This document shows positions 57,578-64,000 of a stretch of DNA of 64,000 nt, in pieces (position 1 is the first letter of the stretch; each line of letters starts with the position of its first letter). Made by a program: the position numbers and the translations under genes. The notes beneath the pieces were generated by a model. The model saw nothing but the letters and a program-made list of their open reading frames with translations, had not been told where the DNA came from and ran no database searches. The DNA is from Macrostomum lignano. Its lineage: Eukaryota. Where the stretch lies: contig NIVC01001476.1 of the NCBI GenBank assembly GCA_002269645.1, positions 186,001 through 250,000 of the forward strand. Reading direction: 5' to 3'.

Positions 57578-59367
57578 AATCACTGTAGCAACCACGCGGA
57601 TGTCTAAAATAACGTGCCGAAGTAAAAACGAGCGGAGGGATTTTTCAAAGAAGAAATCTGCAACAGAATCGCGGAGCCGTCGATAGATTTTAAAGGGTAA
57701 CAGCTACGTGTAGCCGAAGCTACCGGAGGATCATGATTGGCTGCTATGCTATTAACAGCTGCATAGAACCAAGCAATTTGCAGTCTTCTCAGCTTTCAAC
57801 TATCTACAGTCAGGCTCTGCGTGGGCGGCTGGCAGCCCGTATATCCATGGCAGCAGATGCGCCGTTCGCGTGATCTATAGTACTTTATTCGATCTGCAGT
57901 TACAACAAGGAATCGAAATGGAGTAAAATGATACTAATCTTTTTCTACGAGCGTGATTTCAACTGCACCGCCCTACTCTTTGGGCGAAACTGGACGACAT
58001 GAGAAATTGGTATTCCTTGGAGACATGCTAGCTATAGTATGAGCCATTGTTGGAATGAATTCAGCTTGACGTACGACTTTCGTCTCTGCCTGCGTTCACT
58101 TCGTTAGACCGCTATTTTTATATCTTCTCTGGATCCTGGACCCGATCTCTATATTCAGCTAGGATGTAAGAGTATGTGTGGCTCAAGATCCAATAAATTC
58201 CCTTCCTAGCAACTAAAACTCAGTATCTACATCTAAATCAATAGATACGTACTGGCACTTGACGACTTAATTGATTTGTAGAGTGGCATAGACTAACAGC
58301 TAGCTCAGGCTCTGCAGAGCCGATTAAATAGCTATAGTGCATATCTGTAACGACTATGAGCAAAACAATTAGCTCACGGATTAATGTGAAATCTAAAATA
58401 GATTGATAATATACCCTAATGGGGCTAATAGAATCCATTAAAATGCATTACACTTATTGACAAGCTAGCTATAGCTGAGATCCACTTCACTCATGGATTG
58501 GCAATGTCACTTGGACAGCAAATTGGAGCAAGTAGGTTTTTTCCACGAGATTTATCTATCAATTAATATTTTTAATTTCCAAAGGCTCGTTTACTCCGTC
58601 ATGAAGTCAAGGTAATTTTAGAGCGATCATGCGGCTTGCACATGATTTCGTCCCTTTGTACTTTTACCATAGACAAATTCCGCAAAGCGAGCTTTTTACC
58701 ATCGACAAGACTCAGTCGAGAATGAAAATGAAAAAACACGTAAAACAGCAAAAATGAGTTATCGGTAGCATTTCAGCCGACAAGAATAGCGTTGTCATCG
58801 TCGCATATAGCAAGCAGATAAGTTAAAATTTGCAACACAAAATGCATTATTAAATCCCAAAATTTCAGTTTCTATAAGGAACCCGTGTATTATAATTTAT
58901 AAGTTTATATTTCAGTATTGATAACATACTCGACAATTGACAAAAACAGTGCACTAAAGAAAATGATTACAAATACACATTCAAGTGCTTTGTACTAGAT
59001 ATATTCAATTAAAAATCATGTGACTACTAGTATTCAATATTACTCAAATAAGCTGCACATACAAACAAATATTTAGTTAGTTAACGTACGCGCATTAATC
59101 TGTTATGTAGCTTACTTATTATTGCTACTACAAGTAGTGCAAACGGATGTTGAAAACAGAACACAAACGGGCGAAGTGCGTGGAATTAATTAAATGTATG
59201 CTGAAAATTTAACAAACAACAAAGTGAAACTCGCTAAACAATTTTCATTTTATTTAACACAAGTTTTGATCCTGGTATTAAATATTTTGGTTTAATTAGC
59301 CTGGTTACACAAAGTAGGCAATAGATATTAGATCATAGTAGAGACAAAATAACTCGGATTAAGTTTC

Positions 59368-64000
<4,633 letters not shown>

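Overview
This is AT-rich animal (metazoan) genomic DNA with GC-rich exons and introns inflated by many different minisatellites. It most resembles a free-living flatworm such as Macrostomum lignano; the species is inferred, not proven. Hand-spliced gene models: a TRPA1-like ankyrin-repeat gene (5' part, -), an apparently collapsed polycystin (PKD)-family gene (+), a Cys-rich helical surface protein (-), an orphan type I membrane protein (-), complete IFT54/TRAF3IP1 (+, 9 exons), a neuropeptide precursor missed by the ORF track (YDPLLAI/YDPLQFI, +), a putative 61-aa membrane microprotein (+), a complete Vax homeobox gene (-), intronless GGCT (+), a CS-alpha-beta defensin-like prepropeptide (-) and the 3' part of DHX15/Prp43 (-). 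Mobile DNA: an intact DD34D mariner ORF with ~183-bp TIRs, a decayed RTE-like LINE with TSD, a CORE-SINE, a second tRNA-derived SINE family, several MITEs with 8-bp TSDs, and a Penelope-like fragment forming a perfect 68-bp palindrome with a minimal hammerhead ribozyme on each strand. Most long ORFs in the supplied track are tandem-repeat artefacts. All coordinates were counted by hand and repeat boundaries are approximate.
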